Shown here: piece by piece, positions 17,362 through 28,711 of the stretch | Layout of the letters: each line of letters opens with the position of its first letter | Position numbering within the stretch: position 1 is the stretch's first letter | Origin: an uncultured virus (IMG/VR IMGVR_UViG_3300010938_000011) | Taxonomy: Duplodnaviria; Heunggongvirae; Uroviricota; Caudoviricetes | Length of the DNA: 64,000 nt | Virus record (IMG/VR): IMGVR_UViG_3300010938_000011 | Direction: 5' to 3' (one strand) | Translations under genes and position numbers: made by a program | Notes under the pieces: model-generated | What the model was told of the DNA's origin: nothing | Seen by the model: the letters and a program-made list of their open reading frames with translations, nothing else | The model's database searches: none

Positions 17362-18520
17362 TAGGTCTAAAAAAGAAGTTCTTAATATATTTGATGGATT
17401 AGCTGCTATAGAAAAATATATTGTCAAATTAAAAAAGAATATTTTAAAAAATAAAACTTTTTATATAGTAAAAGAAGATGATGATAAATATTATATTCTT
17501 TCTTCAGATGATCGAAATATTCCTAGAGAGGCTATTGCTTTAATAATAGAATTTGATTTTAAGCCTAAAGATCTTATTTACAAAATTTTAGAAGAATATA
17601 TGTCTAAAGTTAAAAATGCTTCTTTAGAGAAGCTTAATAATTCTGAATTATCTAATCCTTTACAACTATTAGGAACTTTATATTGTGGATCTTTTATATT
17701 TGGAACTGTAATAAAAGATAGATCAGATCTAGAAAGAATTAGCCAAGAAAAAGGAGTTCCTTTACCTTATTTAAAAAAATTAAATTTAAGTGAAGTTTGG
17801 AATGATTTGAATTTTTCTATAAGACGTAAAGAGAAAAATATAATTGCTTTAATTATTAAGTATTATGTTAACAAAGGTTATGATATTTCTTCTATTATAG
17901 AAGAAGTTTATGAATTAGAACCATTTTTCATTCCTGAAGAAAAATTACCTAGCTATAATTATATTCCTAAATATTTAGAAGAAAATACTAGATTTAAGCT
18001 CTCATATTTAGACGTTTTAGAAAAAGAAAATTATTTAATACCTTCTTTAGAAAATTCTTCAATATTAAGAAATGTTATTTTTCTTTTAGGTACTCCTTCT
18101 GAAACTAAAGAAAGAATTTCTCTATTAGAGAATGCTTTTTCTAAAATAAATGAATCTCATATTTATCCTTATGCTGTTTTTATTTATTATTGTTTTTTTA
18201 TATTATTTAGAAGTATATTTGTTTCAGGTTTGAAGCTTATATCAGATCCTAGAATTTTATCTAATCTAAATAATCTTATAAATAGGATAAGAGAAAGCTT
18301 ATTGAAAAAAGTAAATTTAAATAAGAAATTTGAAGAAGCTTTAAATAATATAACCTCAAAATTAGAAAATTTATCTTTAAAAGATAAAACTTTATGCTTA
18401 TATAATGTAGAAGATATTCCTTTATATGTATCTTCTCTAAAAGATTTCTTATTATATTCATATAATAATTTAAGGAATTTTTTAGTTTACTATAGACATT
18501 TATTTTCTACTTTAAGATAA
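17354..18520 (+). CDS. hypothetical helical protein
   Basis: ORF track; directly upstream of the tape measure gene. Confidence 0.75.
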   Translation: MSNRSKKEVLNIFDGLAAIEKYIVKLKKNILKNKTFYIVKEDDDKYYILSSDDRNIPREAIALIIEFDFKPKDLIYKILEEYMSKVKNASLEKLNNSELSNPLQLLGTLYCGSFIFGTVIKDRSDLERISQEKGVPLPYLKKLNLSEVWNDLNFSIRRKEKNIIALIIKYYVNKGYDISSIIEEVYELEPFFIPEEKLPSYNYIPKYLEENTRFKLSYLDVLEKENYLIPSLENSSILRNVIFLLGTPSETKERISLLENAFSKINESHIYPYAVFIYYCFFILFRSIFVSGLKLISDPRILSNLNNLINRIRESLLKKVNLNKKFEEALNNITSKLENLSLKDKTLCLYNVEDIPLYVSSLKDFLLYSYNNLRNFLVYYRHLFSTLR

Positions 18521-18538
18521 AAAGGAGGAATATAGTTT

Positions 18539-21274
18539 ATGCCAGAAGAAGGAGGTTTAATATTTCCTATAGTATCTTCAGATGCATTAGACCAAATATC
18601 AGAAAAGCTAGATCCTATTTCGAATATTTTTTCAGATAAAAAGTTTCAAGATTATTTTAAAAAAGGAAAAGCAATAACGACTATAGAAAACTTAGAAAAA
18701 ACTATAAAAGGAGATGCTTCTTTTTATAAAAAATTTTTACTAAAAACTGAAAAATTAGCTAAAGTTTTTAAGAAAGATTTTATAGCTTCTATAGCTCTAA
18801 CTACTAATATTTTACATACCTTAACTACTAATGTATTAAAATTTTTATTAGGATGGACAGGCCTTTCTGAAGAGACTATTTCTAGAATTTCTGCTATTAT
18901 TACCTCTGCCTTAGCTTGGAATGTAGCTGTTCCTTTAGGATTATTATATGCTTCTTTTAAACAATTTTTAAATCTTTATGAATTTTCTTATAAGCTTACT
19001 TTTGATTTAGTAAAAGGAGCCTTTTTATTAGCTAAAAAAGCCTTTTTTAAATTTTTTCTTTTCTTAAAAGATTCTTTTAAGGAATTATATAGAAAAATTT
19101 CTGATATATCAATGGGATTCCTTAAAGGAGTTTTAGACTTAATTTTAGTATTTTCTTTATTTGGAGAAGGATTGATTAGGTCTATTTTAGATATGGCTTT
19201 CACTGTAGCAGAAATAATAATGAATTTAGTAATTAGGGCTATACCTGTAATAACTAAAGCTTTAGTAGAGTTTGCTTTATGGATTATTAAAGTTATTCAA
19301 GTATATGTACCTAAATTCATTATTACAGTAGCTAATTCTCTATTATATTTTGTTCAAAAAGGAATACCTTTAATAGTTAAAGCTCTAAGAGAAGCTTTAC
19401 CTGAAGTAATAAAAGCTTTAGTAGAAATTTTAACAGTACACTTACCTATATTAATAAAAGAATTAGCTAAAGGAGCTGTTTTAGTAGTAAATGCTCTTTT
19501 AGATGCTATAAAAATGTTATTTACTAAAGAGAATTTACAAGCTATATTAAGTGCTTTTATTTCAATTTTTGAAACCTTAGTACAAGCAGCGGATCAAATT
19601 ATTAAGGCTATTATAGATACAATTTCTCAAATATTAGAAGATACTTCTATAATAAATACTTTACTTAATGCTTTTGAAAAATTATTTAATACTGTAGCTC
19701 AAGTTCTTCCTAATATAGCTATTAAAATAATGGATGTACTTCCTGATATATTTACAAAAATTATAAATGTGTTATTTGATTTAGTCGATAAAATTTTACT
19801 TATTTTAGAAGGATTATTCAATAAATTATTGAATTTTCTTCAATCCGAAGGATTTACTAAATTAATTAATAAAGTTACAGAATTTTTAACAAAATTCTTT
19901 TCAGAAACTTTATCTACTTTAATAACTAGATTAGTTAATTCTTTTAATCTTTTAATTTCAGTAGTAACTACTAAAGTATTTCCAGCTTTACTTACTGGAT
20001 TAACTTCAGCTATAGAAAGTTTATTAAATGCTATAGCTAATGTTTTAGAAGATGGACGATTAATAACTTCTATTGTAGATGGGTTTGCTAAATTACTAAG
20101 TACAGCAGTAGGCTTATTACCTACTTTATTAATGAGAATTATAAAAGCTCTTCAAGTAATACTTCCTAAAATTTTAGCTACCCTAAGAAAAGCTATTCCA
20201 AAAATTCTAGAAGGAATAAGAAGATTTTTTAGAACTCTTGCAAATTTTATCAATGCTAATCCTGACCTATTGAAGCAATTTGCTGATGTGATTTTAGAAA
20301 TCTTTAAAACTTGGAAAATGGTAAAATCTGAAATAAATAAGCTAACTAGTGAATTATTAAATGATGTAGTTTTTTCAGCAATAGGAGGATTATTTGAATT
20401 TTTTGTAGATTCTGGAAAAGATGCTTTTATGAATTTAGTAGATTCAGTAAGAGATTTCCAATATAAAGCTGCTAGTACTTTTGATATTTTATTTCTCTTT
20501 TTGAAAAAGGCACTTTATTCATTTGCAGTTGGTACAGTTTTTGAAAGCTACCTTATAGGTAATAAAAAAATAACAGATGTTTTCAGTAAAGGAGAATTAG
20601 ATATTTTAAATCCTACTGCTAATGCAACTTTTTCACAATTAAAAAATGCTCAAATAGATTTTTTTAAAGGAATAAATACTTTTACTAGAGAAAAATTTTT
20701 AGAAGCTTATTCAGCCTTAGAAAATACTAGTATTGGGCAACTTCTTAAAGATACAACTAAAAACGTTGATCCAAAAGAAGTTATACAATCTTTAAGAAAA
20801 GTTGTTACTGATTTTAATGCTTTTCTAAAAACAGGAATAGAAGTTAGTTCTACAGACCTTCAAGAAGGTGTATCAAATTTATCTACAATAATAGTAAATA
20901 AGTTTTCAGGACCTCATGCTCTATCTAAAGACTATGATCCAGAATTCAGACAATTTTTAGGAAAACAATTAGAGAACATTTTGTTTGGAGCTGAAGCTTT
21001 AAATAAACAAAACTGGCAAGAAAGATCTAAAGGTATACTTAGACTTCAAGAAAATTTATTTAGTACTTCTTTTGAAGCTATGGCTAGTAAAGATAAAGTT
21101 ATAGTAGAACTATTAGAAGATATAAAAAATAATACTCAACAAACTGCCGATAATACAAAACAATTAGTAACTGAAGAACAAGGAGCTAAACATTTAAGAG
21201 ATATATTAAATAACGTATCTTCTGAAAAGGACTTTACTATTTATAAACAAAGAGTATTATTAAGTAATACTTAA
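18539..21274 (+). CDS. tail tape measure protein
   Basis: 911 aa of periodic amphipathic helices with Pro-punctuated repeats; precedes baseplate genes; AAGGAGG SD. Confidence 0.8.
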   Translation: MPEEGGLIFPIVSSDALDQISEKLDPISNIFSDKKFQDYFKKGKAITTIENLEKTIKGDASFYKKFLLKTEKLAKVFKKDFIASIALTTNILHTLTTNVLKFLLGWTGLSEETISRISAIITSALAWNVAVPLGLLYASFKQFLNLYEFSYKLTFDLVKGAFLLAKKAFFKFFLFLKDSFKELYRKISDISMGFLKGVLDLILVFSLFGEGLIRSILDMAFTVAEIIMNLVIRAIPVITKALVEFALWIIKVIQVYVPKFIITVANSLLYFVQKGIPLIVKALREALPEVIKALVEILTVHLPILIKELAKGAVLVVNALLDAIKMLFTKENLQAILSAFISIFETLVQAADQIIKAIIDTISQILEDTSIINTLLNAFEKLFNTVAQVLPNIAIKIMDVLPDIFTKIINVLFDLVDKILLILEGLFNKLLNFLQSEGFTKLINKVTEFLTKFFSETLSTLITRLVNSFNLLISVVTTKVFPALLTGLTSAIESLLNAIANVLEDGRLITSIVDGFAKLLSTAVGLLPTLLMRIIKALQVILPKILATLRKAIPKILEGIRRFFRTLANFINANPDLLKQFADVILEIFKTWKMVKSEINKLTSELLNDVVFSAIGGLFEFFVDSGKDAFMNLVDSVRDFQYKAASTFDILFLFLKKALYSFAVGTVFESYLIGNKKITDVFSKGELDILNPTANATFSQLKNAQIDFFKGINTFTREKFLEAYSALENTSIGQLLKDTTKNVDPKEVIQSLRKVVTDFNAFLKTGIEVSSTDLQEGVSNLSTIIVNKFSGPHALSKDYDPEFRQFLGKQLENILFGAEALNKQNWQERSKGILRLQENLFSTSFEAMASKDKVIVELLEDIKNNTQQTADNTKQLVTEEQGAKHLRDILNNVSSEKDFTIYKQRVLLSNT

Positions 21275-21283
21275 GGAAAGATT

Positions 21284-22609
21284 ATGAAATTCGTAATAAT
21301 AACTTCAAGAGAAAGAGATTTAATTTTAAGAAATTATTTAGAAGCTTTAAATGTTTTTAATTCTACTCCTTTGGATATTTTAAAAAGTTTTTCTTCTATG
21401 TCTTCTTCTAATCCTACTTTTGATACTAATGCTATTTCAGAAATACAAAAAGAATTAACTAAAGGACTAAGTGAAGTAAATACTGATGGTTTAAGTGCTT
21501 CAGTAAAAGAGTCTTTTAATGCTATTAAAGATTCTTTAGAAGGAGACTCTTCTTTTCTTAGTAATTTATTATCTTCATTCTTTAGTATTTTTTCTCCTAT
21601 AGAAAAGAAGCTAAAAGAAGAATTTAATTATAGAACATATCAAAGTATAGTAGCTTATCCTACTAATTTAGCTAATATAGTATTTAATGCCTTAGTAAGA
21701 ATAATAGATTCAATATCTAAAAAGACTGAAATTTCAAAAGGAGCTTTTACTAAGGTAAATAAAGATGCAGCTATAAAACAAATTACAAGTGAAATAGAAG
21801 AAATTCCTAAAGAATTAATTGACAATATAATAAAATATTTTACTGAATCTTTAGATAGTTCTAAATATAAAGAATATAATGTTTATTTAACTGCTCCAAT
21901 CTTAAATGATTATACTTTAAATGTATCTACTTCTTATGGAGATCCTAGTAGTTTATTTGGAGGAGCAGGAGCTTTTCTTTCTAGTTTAGCTAATTATTAT
22001 TCAGCTTTAACAGGAAATTATCCTATACCTGCTAATATTTTAAAAGTTCCTATATGGACTTCTACTACTCCTGTAAGACTTAATTTAGAATTAATTTTTT
22101 ATGCGAAAACAGATCCATTAAAGGATGTTTTATTGCCTGCTATGTATTTAGCTTCTTTAGTTTCTATAAGAATTATAGGAGAAGAAGTAATAGGAGATAA
22201 ATTAAAAGTATCTTTTAAAGTACCTGGAGTAAATTTAACTAATGTAGGTAGTAGCTTAGGACAATTTACACAAACAGATGTGAATGCTTCAAAATCAGGA
22301 GATAGTGAAGAACTTAGAAAAAAATTAGATAGTCTGAATGATAAAGTTTTTGGAGATTCTGGAGTAGTAAAAATAATCATTCCTGGAATAATACATTTAG
22401 ATCAAGCTTTAATACAATCTGTAAATGTAACTTTTTCTAATAATGTTACTGAAGACTTTTTACCTGTATGGGCTAAAGTAAGTATGGAAGTACAAAGCTT
22501 CTTTGCTACTAGAAGTGTAGATCTTTATTCTTTCTTAAAAGAATATTTAGATAATAGACCTAAAGATCCTACAGGAATTAGAGGTAAAATTAAAGGAGGT
22601 GCTAAATGA
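21284..22609 (+). CDS. putative baseplate / tail-tube initiator protein
   Basis: Position after TMP; tube-like C-half (W--TTP-RLNLEL-F, I-SVNVTFS...PVWAKVSMEV). Confidence 0.55.
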   Translation: MKFVIITSRERDLILRNYLEALNVFNSTPLDILKSFSSMSSSNPTFDTNAISEIQKELTKGLSEVNTDGLSASVKESFNAIKDSLEGDSSFLSNLLSSFFSIFSPIEKKLKEEFNYRTYQSIVAYPTNLANIVFNALVRIIDSISKKTEISKGAFTKVNKDAAIKQITSEIEEIPKELIDNIIKYFTESLDSSKYKEYNVYLTAPILNDYTLNVSTSYGDPSSLFGGAGAFLSSLANYYSALTGNYPIPANILKVPIWTSTTPVRLNLELIFYAKTDPLKDVLLPAMYLASLVSIRIIGEEVIGDKLKVSFKVPGVNLTNVGSSLGQFTQTDVNASKSGDSEELRKKLDSLNDKVFGDSGVVKIIIPGIIHLDQALIQSVNVTFSNNVTEDFLPVWAKVSMEVQSFFATRSVDLYSFLKEYLDNRPKDPTGIRGKIKGGAK

Positions 22610-22950
22610 ACTTAGGATTGTCTGATATTTTGTACCAAACTATAGAAGTAGAACATACTATAGAAACTTCAGATAATGTTCCAGTAGAAGCTTTAAATAA
22701 AATTAAACATTTATACAAACCATTAGCTGAAGTCCATACTCAACTTACTGGTGAAGAAATTATTTTAGATCAATCTAAAATAAAGAAGCCTTGGACTCTA
22801 TTTTTTAGAGAATCTGATATGTTAGCTTTAGAGATTATTGATTATACTTTAAATAAAGTAGACTTATTAAATTTTAAAGTAGGTCAAAAATTTTTTAAGA
22901 TAGATGAAGACTCTTTTAACTTATTATTAAGCAAAGCTATTCAATTATGA
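22606..22950 (+). CDS. putative baseplate wedge protein (gp53/tail-X-like position)
   Basis: Size and synteny only. Confidence 0.35.
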   Translation: MNLGLSDILYQTIEVEHTIETSDNVPVEALNKIKHLYKPLAEVHTQLTGEEIILDQSKIKKPWTLFFRESDMLALEIIDYTLNKVDLLNFKVGQKFFKIDEDSFNLLLSKAIQL

Positions 22951-23762
22951 AAAAATTCTTATTTTATAAATGTAAAGTAAAATCTACTACTTTTAGTAAA
23001 GTACCTCTAATAAAAGTAGAATTATTTGGAGAAGAATTTTATTGTAAACCTTTTATTTTAAAAGATATAAAATTTCCTAAAGTAGATGACGAAGTTTTAG
23101 TTTTTTCTTTAGATCCTCCTTTTAATAGTAGGTTATTTTATATTCCTTTAGACTTAGAGGATGATTCTGAAGATTTTGATATTTCTAATTTAGAAAGTAT
23201 TTTTTCTAAAGCTACTACCATTTTAAATTCATTTAAAAATGGAAAAGTAGATGTTATTTCTAATATAAATTCTTATGCTATATTAAATTCTGAAGGAGAT
23301 ATATTTTTAATAGCTAAGGAAAATGGTTCTAAAATCTTTATTACTAAAGATAAAGAGCTTATTTTGGTATCAAAGGATAATTCTTATGTGAAGATTACAG
23401 ATTCTAAAATAGACATTTTAAAAGACAAATCTTTTATAAATCTAAAAGATGACAAAATTATTATTCAAAAAGATCAAAAGCAATTAGTAGAAGTAAAGGA
23501 TGACTCTATATTTTTAGGAAATTCTACTTATTTCATAAAAATAAAAAATGATGGTATTTTCTTAGGAGGATCTTCTGTGAAATTATCTATAGATGATTCT
23601 GGAATAACTATTACTAATGGAGGACTTACTTATGAATTAATTCAACATAATCATATATCTGGAGCTCCTGGTTCTCCTACTTCTACCGCTCAACCTACTG
23701 GAAGTCCTCCTAATGAACAAGCATCTAATTTTGATACTATTCCTAATAATTATAATGTATGA
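22947..23762 (+). CDS. baseplate central spike (gp5/gpV-like)
   Basis: OB-like N-terminus (FPKVDDEVLV), beta-helix repeats, terminal HNH metal motif then GAPGSPT. Confidence 0.8.
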   Translation: MKKFLFYKCKVKSTTFSKVPLIKVELFGEEFYCKPFILKDIKFPKVDDEVLVFSLDPPFNSRLFYIPLDLEDDSEDFDISNLESIFSKATTILNSFKNGKVDVISNINSYAILNSEGDIFLIAKENGSKIFITKDKELILVSKDNSYVKITDSKIDILKDKSFINLKDDKIIIQKDQKQLVEVKDDSIFLGNSTYFIKIKNDGIFLGGSSVKLSIDDSGITITNGGLTYELIQHNHISGAPGSPTSTAQPTGSPPNEQASNFDTIPNNYNV

Positions 23763-24361
23763 GTGTAGAAAATTTAATAGATATTTCAATAAGTGAAAAT
23801 TCTATAGATCCTATTTATGGAGAACAAGCTTTAGCTGAAGGACTTAAATCTTTCTTTATATTTGGTCCTGGAGATGTTCCTTCTAATGATAGAATATTTG
23901 TAGGAAATTATGTAAAAGAAATTTTAGGTAGACCTTTATCAGAACAAAATTTGAATGAGATTTCTGTATTATTTATTTCTTTACTATATTTCTTTCCAAG
24001 CTTATTTGATTATATCGATGATATTTCTATAGAAGTAAGTGCTATAAGTAGAACTGAAATTTTAGTAAATATAATTTACCAACCTTCTAATACCACTATA
24101 GCTTCTATTACTTTAAATGCTAATATTAGTTATGTAGAAATGAAAAATAATTTACTTACGGAAGAAACTTATGAATTAATAACTTTAACAGGAGCTAATT
24201 TGGTATCTTTTGTTGAAATGGTACATTCAGTTAATCCTAATTTAAAATTATCAAGAAGAAGTAATGGAACTTATATTTTAGGAGATTTTATCTTAGCTAA
24301 TTTAAAGGATAATTCTCCAGAACTTAATCAAATTTTACAAATATTAGGAGATTCCTTATGA
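23759..24361 (+). CDS. putative sheath initiator (gp25-like) baseplate protein
   Basis: G-QAL---LK-F---PGDVP pattern; lies between spike and wedge genes. Confidence 0.55.
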   Translation: MSVENLIDISISENSIDPIYGEQALAEGLKSFFIFGPGDVPSNDRIFVGNYVKEILGRPLSEQNLNEISVLFISLLYFFPSLFDYIDDISIEVSAISRTEILVNIIYQPSNTTIASITLNANISYVEMKNNLLTEETYELITLTGANLVSFVEMVHSVNPNLKLSRRSNGTYILGDFILANLKDNSPELNQILQILGDSL

Positions 24362-26601
24362 AGTTAACAGTTAATGAAATTTACGAATATTTAAAAACTA
24401 AATTTGTTAGTTTGCAAGGAGCTTCTATAAAAATTTTAGATACTTCAGTTTTAGCCTCTATTTTTAAGTCTATCGCTTGGATATTAGAGAAAATTGTCCT
24501 TTATGTAGAATATCTTTATAGAAATTCCTTTTTATCCTTAACTACTAGCTTATTAGCTGTATTAGAAAAAATAAAAGAAATAGGTTACTTTCCTAGATAT
24601 TACAAAGTTAGTTATGGAAGAGGTTTCTTATTTCCAAAAGAAATTTTTCCTACTTCTTTAAGTCAAGCTAAAGAAGGTAAATATTTTATCTATACAGGTC
24701 CTACTAAAAATCTTAAATTTTCTAAGCTAAATTTAGAAAATAATACTAAAAGAACTAATTATTTTATTTTTTCTGAATCTATTCTATATAGAGATACAAT
24801 TTTTACTACTTTTACTTTTTCTGAAGATCAACCTAATTCTGGAGAATCTACTATTTTAGTTCAAAGCTTAGGAAATACAGGAGTAGCTAAGATTTTAACT
24901 TTAAAAGATATAAGCTACTTTCCTTTATTATTATCTAAATTAATTGGTTCTTATATAACTTTTATAAATACTTCTGGTTTTGATTCTACCTTTAAAATTT
25001 TAACTTTTAATTCTTTACAAGATATTACTATAGGTTCTAATACTTATTCTAAATTAGAAATTATATTTGAAATACCTCTTACTGAAATAGACATTTTTAA
25101 AACAGAAAAAGTTCCTATTACTAGAGCTTATGGATTAATTAATGCTATTCCTATAGATATTTATTCTGGTTCTTTAAGAGACGTTCCTTATATAATTACA
25201 GGAGAATCTTTTGAGAAAGTAACAGTATTTGAGGAAAGGTTATCTATTCAATATTTTGAAGTCGAATATAATGGATCTACTTTAGACAAATATTATTATT
25301 ACATCACTAATTCAGATCCTACAAAAGTAGCATATGCTTTAGAACCATCTGATGATTATAAATCTATAATTATAAAATTTAGTGATGGAGTATTTAGACC
25401 ATTACTACCAGCTAATTCTACAATTAATATAAAATACATATCGGCTGATTCTAAAAATTCTGATATTTTAGATAGATGGAAAATTTTTTCTATAGCTGAT
25501 TCAGATTTAAATGATTTTTATGTCATAAATATAGAACCTATAGTAGGATATAAGGAACCAGAATCTTTAGAAGAATTAAAAACTAATGCTATAAAATTTT
25601 CTACTCTTCCTTCAGTATTAATTACTAAAGATCAATTAGAAGCTTATATAAGTCAAAATCCTTTAGTAAATAAAGTAAAAGTAATTATTCAATATATAAA
25701 TAATTTATACTCTATAGAAAAGAAAATCATAGCTATAATAGTTCCTTCTACTGAAAATTTATATTTAACTAATGCCCAAATCTTAAGCTTATTACAATAT
25801 ATTTCACCATATAAATCTGTTTCTGATACAATCTATATTAGTTCTCCTATCTATTTAGCTATAAATTTTAATTCTAAATTAAAGATAAATCAAGGAGTAG
25901 ATTTTTATAAAATAAAATCTCAATTAGAATCTTATATTTTAGAAAAATTTAATTTTAAAAATACTGAAATAGGTAAAAGCTATTACGAATCTAATTTAAT
26001 TTCTGAAATTAGTAATTCATCTTCAGATATATTATATCATGATTCAGATTTTACACTTAGGTACAAAATAACTATGCCTAATTTACAAATATCTGAAGAT
26101 CTAGTTTTTGCTGATAAAAATATTTTAATAAAAATTAGTAGCTTTAAATTATTCTTAAGACTTAAGAAAGATGGTATATTTTTAGATCCTATAGAAATAG
26201 CTAATTTACAAACTTATCCTAATGACTATACTTATTTATCTAGCATAAGCTTTCAGTCATTTAACCTTAATATAATACCTCAACATATTCCTTTATTTGA
26301 TACTTCTTTTAATAATCAATTAAATTACAATCCTTTATCAAATGATCCAACTAAAGTTTTTACTCTTCAATTTAAATATTTTAATAATTATCAACCATTG
26401 CCAAATTGGTATACTTTACAAGATATTGTTTATAATCCTTCTAGCTTAGACAATAATGGTTATTATTTTTACATAGAATTTAAATTTTGTAAGCTTCAAA
26501 ATAATCAAATAGTTTTAGATAATGATGCTTTAGCGGCTAATGGTTTGGTATTATTTTATGCAGATTCAGATTCTATAAGAATATCGGAGCTTAATGTATG
26601 A
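24358..26601 (+). CDS. baseplate wedge protein (gp6 / baseplate J-like)
   Basis: RNSFLS-T, IKFSDG-F--P, GY-EPESLEELK-NA, LITKDQ. Confidence 0.8.
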   Translation: MKLTVNEIYEYLKTKFVSLQGASIKILDTSVLASIFKSIAWILEKIVLYVEYLYRNSFLSLTTSLLAVLEKIKEIGYFPRYYKVSYGRGFLFPKEIFPTSLSQAKEGKYFIYTGPTKNLKFSKLNLENNTKRTNYFIFSESILYRDTIFTTFTFSEDQPNSGESTILVQSLGNTGVAKILTLKDISYFPLLLSKLIGSYITFINTSGFDSTFKILTFNSLQDITIGSNTYSKLEIIFEIPLTEIDIFKTEKVPITRAYGLINAIPIDIYSGSLRDVPYIITGESFEKVTVFEERLSIQYFEVEYNGSTLDKYYYYITNSDPTKVAYALEPSDDYKSIIIKFSDGVFRPLLPANSTINIKYISADSKNSDILDRWKIFSIADSDLNDFYVINIEPIVGYKEPESLEELKTNAIKFSTLPSVLITKDQLEAYISQNPLVNKVKVIIQYINNLYSIEKKIIAIIVPSTENLYLTNAQILSLLQYISPYKSVSDTIYISSPIYLAINFNSKLKINQGVDFYKIKSQLESYILEKFNFKNTEIGKSYYESNLISEISNSSSDILYHDSDFTLRYKITMPNLQISEDLVFADKNILIKISSFKLFLRLKKDGIFLDPIEIANLQTYPNDYTYLSSISFQSFNLNIIPQHIPLFDTSFNNQLNYNPLSNDPTKVFTLQFKYFNNYQPLPNWYTLQDIVYNPSSLDNNGYYFYIEFKFCKLQNNQIVLDNDALAANGLVLFYADSDSIRISELNV

Positions 26602-28700
26602 TAGAAAAATTTATACCTTCAGTTTTACAAAAAAATATTTTAAAAAATTTATTTTTAGCATTGGAAAGCTTTATAAAAGAAAAAATTATAGACGAGTATA
26701 CTAAAAAAGACCTATTATTGAAAATAAGACAAACTTGGTCTGATTTTCCTGATATAGATATTGAAAATACTTTTCTAACTAAAAATCCTAAACTATTTGA
26801 AGAAATGTATTCATCATTAGGACTTTTAAAAAAGAATTTATCTACTGCTTATGCTTATAAATTGTATTCTTACTTATATAGAATGAGTTCTAATATTTCT
26901 TTCTCAGTAAGAAAAGATATAGAAAACCTAAATAAATATTTAAAAATTTTAGATGGTTATTTTACTGGATCTACTATACCTCAATTTTTAATTTCAAAGA
27001 TAGAAGATGAAAGTGGTTTCTTATTTTTCTTATATTCTACCTTAGCTAATCAATTTGATTTAGATCCTTCTACTTTAGACAATAAATTCGATGAGTATTT
27101 AGATCCTAATTCACAGTTCATTTTTGACTCAGATATTTTATTTTCAGCTTCTACTTTACAAAATACTTTTTATTGGGATCTAATTCTATTATGTTCAGAG
27201 TCTTATAGAGATAAAGATTTGTATGATTTCTTTCTTTCAAAAGAAACTTCAAAATTATTTTATGAATTAGCTAATAGATTGAAACCTCTTTCTACTAATT
27301 ATTTTATAGGATTAAATTTTAATTTAGAATTAAAAAATGGCTTAGCTAAACATTATTTTAAATCTTATAATTTTACGGAAAATTCTAACTATTTAGTTTT
27401 TTATCTATTTGACGAATTTTCTCTAACGGCTGAAGGAATTTCTAAAAAATTATATGTAGGAAGAGAATCTTTTTATGACTTAGAAATTTTGAAATTTTTA
27501 TCAGAAAATAATCTTCCTATAAAATTATTTTCTGAAGAAATAGAAAAATACTTTTTTGATTCAATCTTTAATACATCACAATCACAAGGTGTAATAACTT
27601 TAGATCAAAAAGTGTTCTTACTTACTTATTTTGCAGAAACCTTTAAAAATTCAATTTATACTTCTACTATAGATATTTCGAAAATGGATATATTTTCTAC
27701 CTTCTTTAAAGATGGTTTTACCGAATTATATATAGCTGATGAAAATGATTCTCCTATAGCTTATATAGGATTACCTAAATTTTATACCTATACTACAAAC
27801 GAAAAATTAAGCTATACATTTAATATAATAAATAATACTAATCAAAACTTTACAGATTTTGATAGCACTCTCTTAATAAGAGATATAAGCAATTATACCT
27901 TAAATCCTTATGATGGAGCTCAAGCTTATGATTATGATAATAATTTATTATATTGTGTAGATAGTTCTTTTGGATTAGGAGTATATGATTTTGTAAATAA
28001 TACTTATACAGTTTTAACTAATTCTACTACTAGAATGGATCCTATTATCTATTATTACAATAATAAAATATATATGGTTGGAGGAGGAGTTTTTGATTCT
28101 GTAAGAGTTTATGATATTCAAAATAATTCTTTTTATGATATAAATTATCCTTCAAATTTTTTAGTTCCTCATTATACCTTTTTTCATTGTAGAGTAGATG
28201 AAGATACTTTATATTTATTTGGAGGAAAATATACAAGTCAAAATGGACCTGTAAGCTTATTTAATTTAATTCAATTTAATTTTAGCACAGAAACTTTTAC
28301 TTTATATAATGATTTTTCTAATAATTTAGCTAATCTTTCTTATATTGGAAAAGGAAAAATGGTATACTATCCTGAAACTAATTCTTTTAAGCTTTTTAAT
28401 TTTGAATATGTTCTACAAGGATTAAATACTACTTTTTATTCAGATAACCTTTCTTTATCTATAAAAGAGAATTTATTTTCTAATTTTATAAATGATACTT
28501 ATTATGAATACATTTTAAATAGCTCTAATGAAGGACCATTTTATATTTTTAATAATAAATTTTTATTAGGAAAAGATAAAATTCTTCTTAGATTTTATAA
28601 TGAAACTCCTACTTTTAATGTATATTCTGGATTTAAATATGGTAATAAAGTCTTTATTTTTCAAAATCAGAAGTTTTTATATATAAAAGATCTACTATAA
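26598..28700 (+). CDS. baseplate wedge-associated protein with C-terminal Kelch-like repeats
   Basis: Follows the gp6-like gene; IYMVGG and LYLFGG Kelch-type motifs. Confidence 0.55.
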   Translation: MIEKFIPSVLQKNILKNLFLALESFIKEKIIDEYTKKDLLLKIRQTWSDFPDIDIENTFLTKNPKLFEEMYSSLGLLKKNLSTAYAYKLYSYLYRMSSNISFSVRKDIENLNKYLKILDGYFTGSTIPQFLISKIEDESGFLFFLYSTLANQFDLDPSTLDNKFDEYLDPNSQFIFDSDILFSASTLQNTFYWDLILLCSESYRDKDLYDFFLSKETSKLFYELANRLKPLSTNYFIGLNFNLELKNGLAKHYFKSYNFTENSNYLVFYLFDEFSLTAEGISKKLYVGRESFYDLEILKFLSENNLPIKLFSEEIEKYFFDSIFNTSQSQGVITLDQKVFLLTYFAETFKNSIYTSTIDISKMDIFSTFFKDGFTELYIADENDSPIAYIGLPKFYTYTTNEKLSYTFNIINNTNQNFTDFDSTLLIRDISNYTLNPYDGAQAYDYDNNLLYCVDSSFGLGVYDFVNNTYTVLTNSTTRMDPIIYYYNNKIYMVGGGVFDSVRVYDIQNNSFYDINYPSNFLVPHYTFFHCRVDEDTLYLFGGKYTSQNGPVSLFNLIQFNFSTETFTLYNDFSNNLANLSYIGKGKMVYYPETNSFKLFNFEYVLQGLNTTFYSDNLSLSIKENLFSNFINDTYYEYILNSSNEGPFYIFNNKFLLGKDKILLRFYNETPTFNVYSGFKYGNKVFIFQNQKFLYIKDLL

Positions 28701-28711
28701 ATATTTAAGAT

